64,000 nucleotides of DNA from Phoronis australis (lineage: Eukaryota > Animalia > Phoronida), in the NCBI GenBank assembly GCA_002633005.1, contig NMRA01000001.1, positions 4,072,102-4,136,101 on the forward strand, in the 5' to 3' direction. A program made the position numbers and the translations under genes. The notes under the pieces were generated by a model. That model ran no database searches. It saw nothing but the letters and a program-made list of their open reading frames with translations, and was not told the origin of the DNA. Positions 63,649 through 64,000 of this stretch are shown here, in pieces. Each line of letters starts with the position of its first letter. Position 1 is the first letter of the stretch.

Positions 63649-64000
63649 ATGACATCCATATTCATGAGCAGAATATTCAGAAGTGTGTTAACAAACAATA
63701 GCACTTATCCCGTGGTGTACTACAGAGGTACAGTAGGCCTATTTGATTTCATATCTGATGTGCTGCGGTACTCAGACATGTGAGTCAACGTGGCCCGATT
63801 CCTTAGGTACGAGCGCACTTGACAGGTTTACAAACGATCCATTTTTTCCATATCTTATAAATATATATGTATGATAAGTTTTTGAGTGGCTTGAAAGACC
63901 ACGAGATGTTTTTCTTACAATTTTTGCATTTTGTAGGGCTTGTAACTCGTATGTTTGATTACTGGGAAAACCTTTTTGAATGGACGACTTTCTCGAGTCA
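63649..64000 (+). CDS. Candidate start of a third gene (exons 63649-63727 and 63937 to beyond 64000; MTSIFMSRIFRSVLTNNSTYPVVYYRG-LVTRMFDYWENLFEWTTFSS...), product unknown
   Basis: Acceptor tttttattgtag at 63518, in-frame stop just before the ATG, AG|gtacag donor at 63728, strong acceptor ttttgcattttgtag at 63936. The phase-1 join uses the only open frame of the second exon. Confidence 0.4.

Overview
This is AT-rich eukaryotic (invertebrate metazoan) genomic DNA from a gapped assembly, not prokaryotic sequence. Most ORFs in the supplied track are spurious or are single exons read past their splice sites. Two multi-exon genes lie head-to-head, and both were rebuilt by hand with GT-AG boundaries and consistent intron phases. 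(1) On the minus strand is an FMN/cappuccino-subfamily formin with 15 coding exons at 597-22196 (about 1295 aa in the window from Met 22152). Its order is a long acidic N-terminus, a DEP-like segment, a coiled coil, a short FH1 and FH2. Its last exon lies off the left edge, and candidate 5' exons lie at about 26.1 and 27.2 kb. (2) On the plus strand is a complete 7-exon TMX1-type thioredoxin-related transmembrane protein (31739-43863, 265 aa, WCPAC active site). A possible third plus-strand gene begins coding at about 63.65 kb. Introns and intergenic DNA are full of mobile-element relics. These include an RNase H-bearing non-LTR retroelement derivative with a TSD, a CAC-ended TIR element with a 5-bp TSD, hAT- and Kolobok-like MITEs, Helentron/pearl-like repeats, a decayed DNA transposase, a THAP remnant and two minisatellite arrays. 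A 621-bp tandem duplication joined by a single N is probably an assembly artefact. I found no convincing evidence of a wholly new biological system; the best leads are listed as findings with modest scores.
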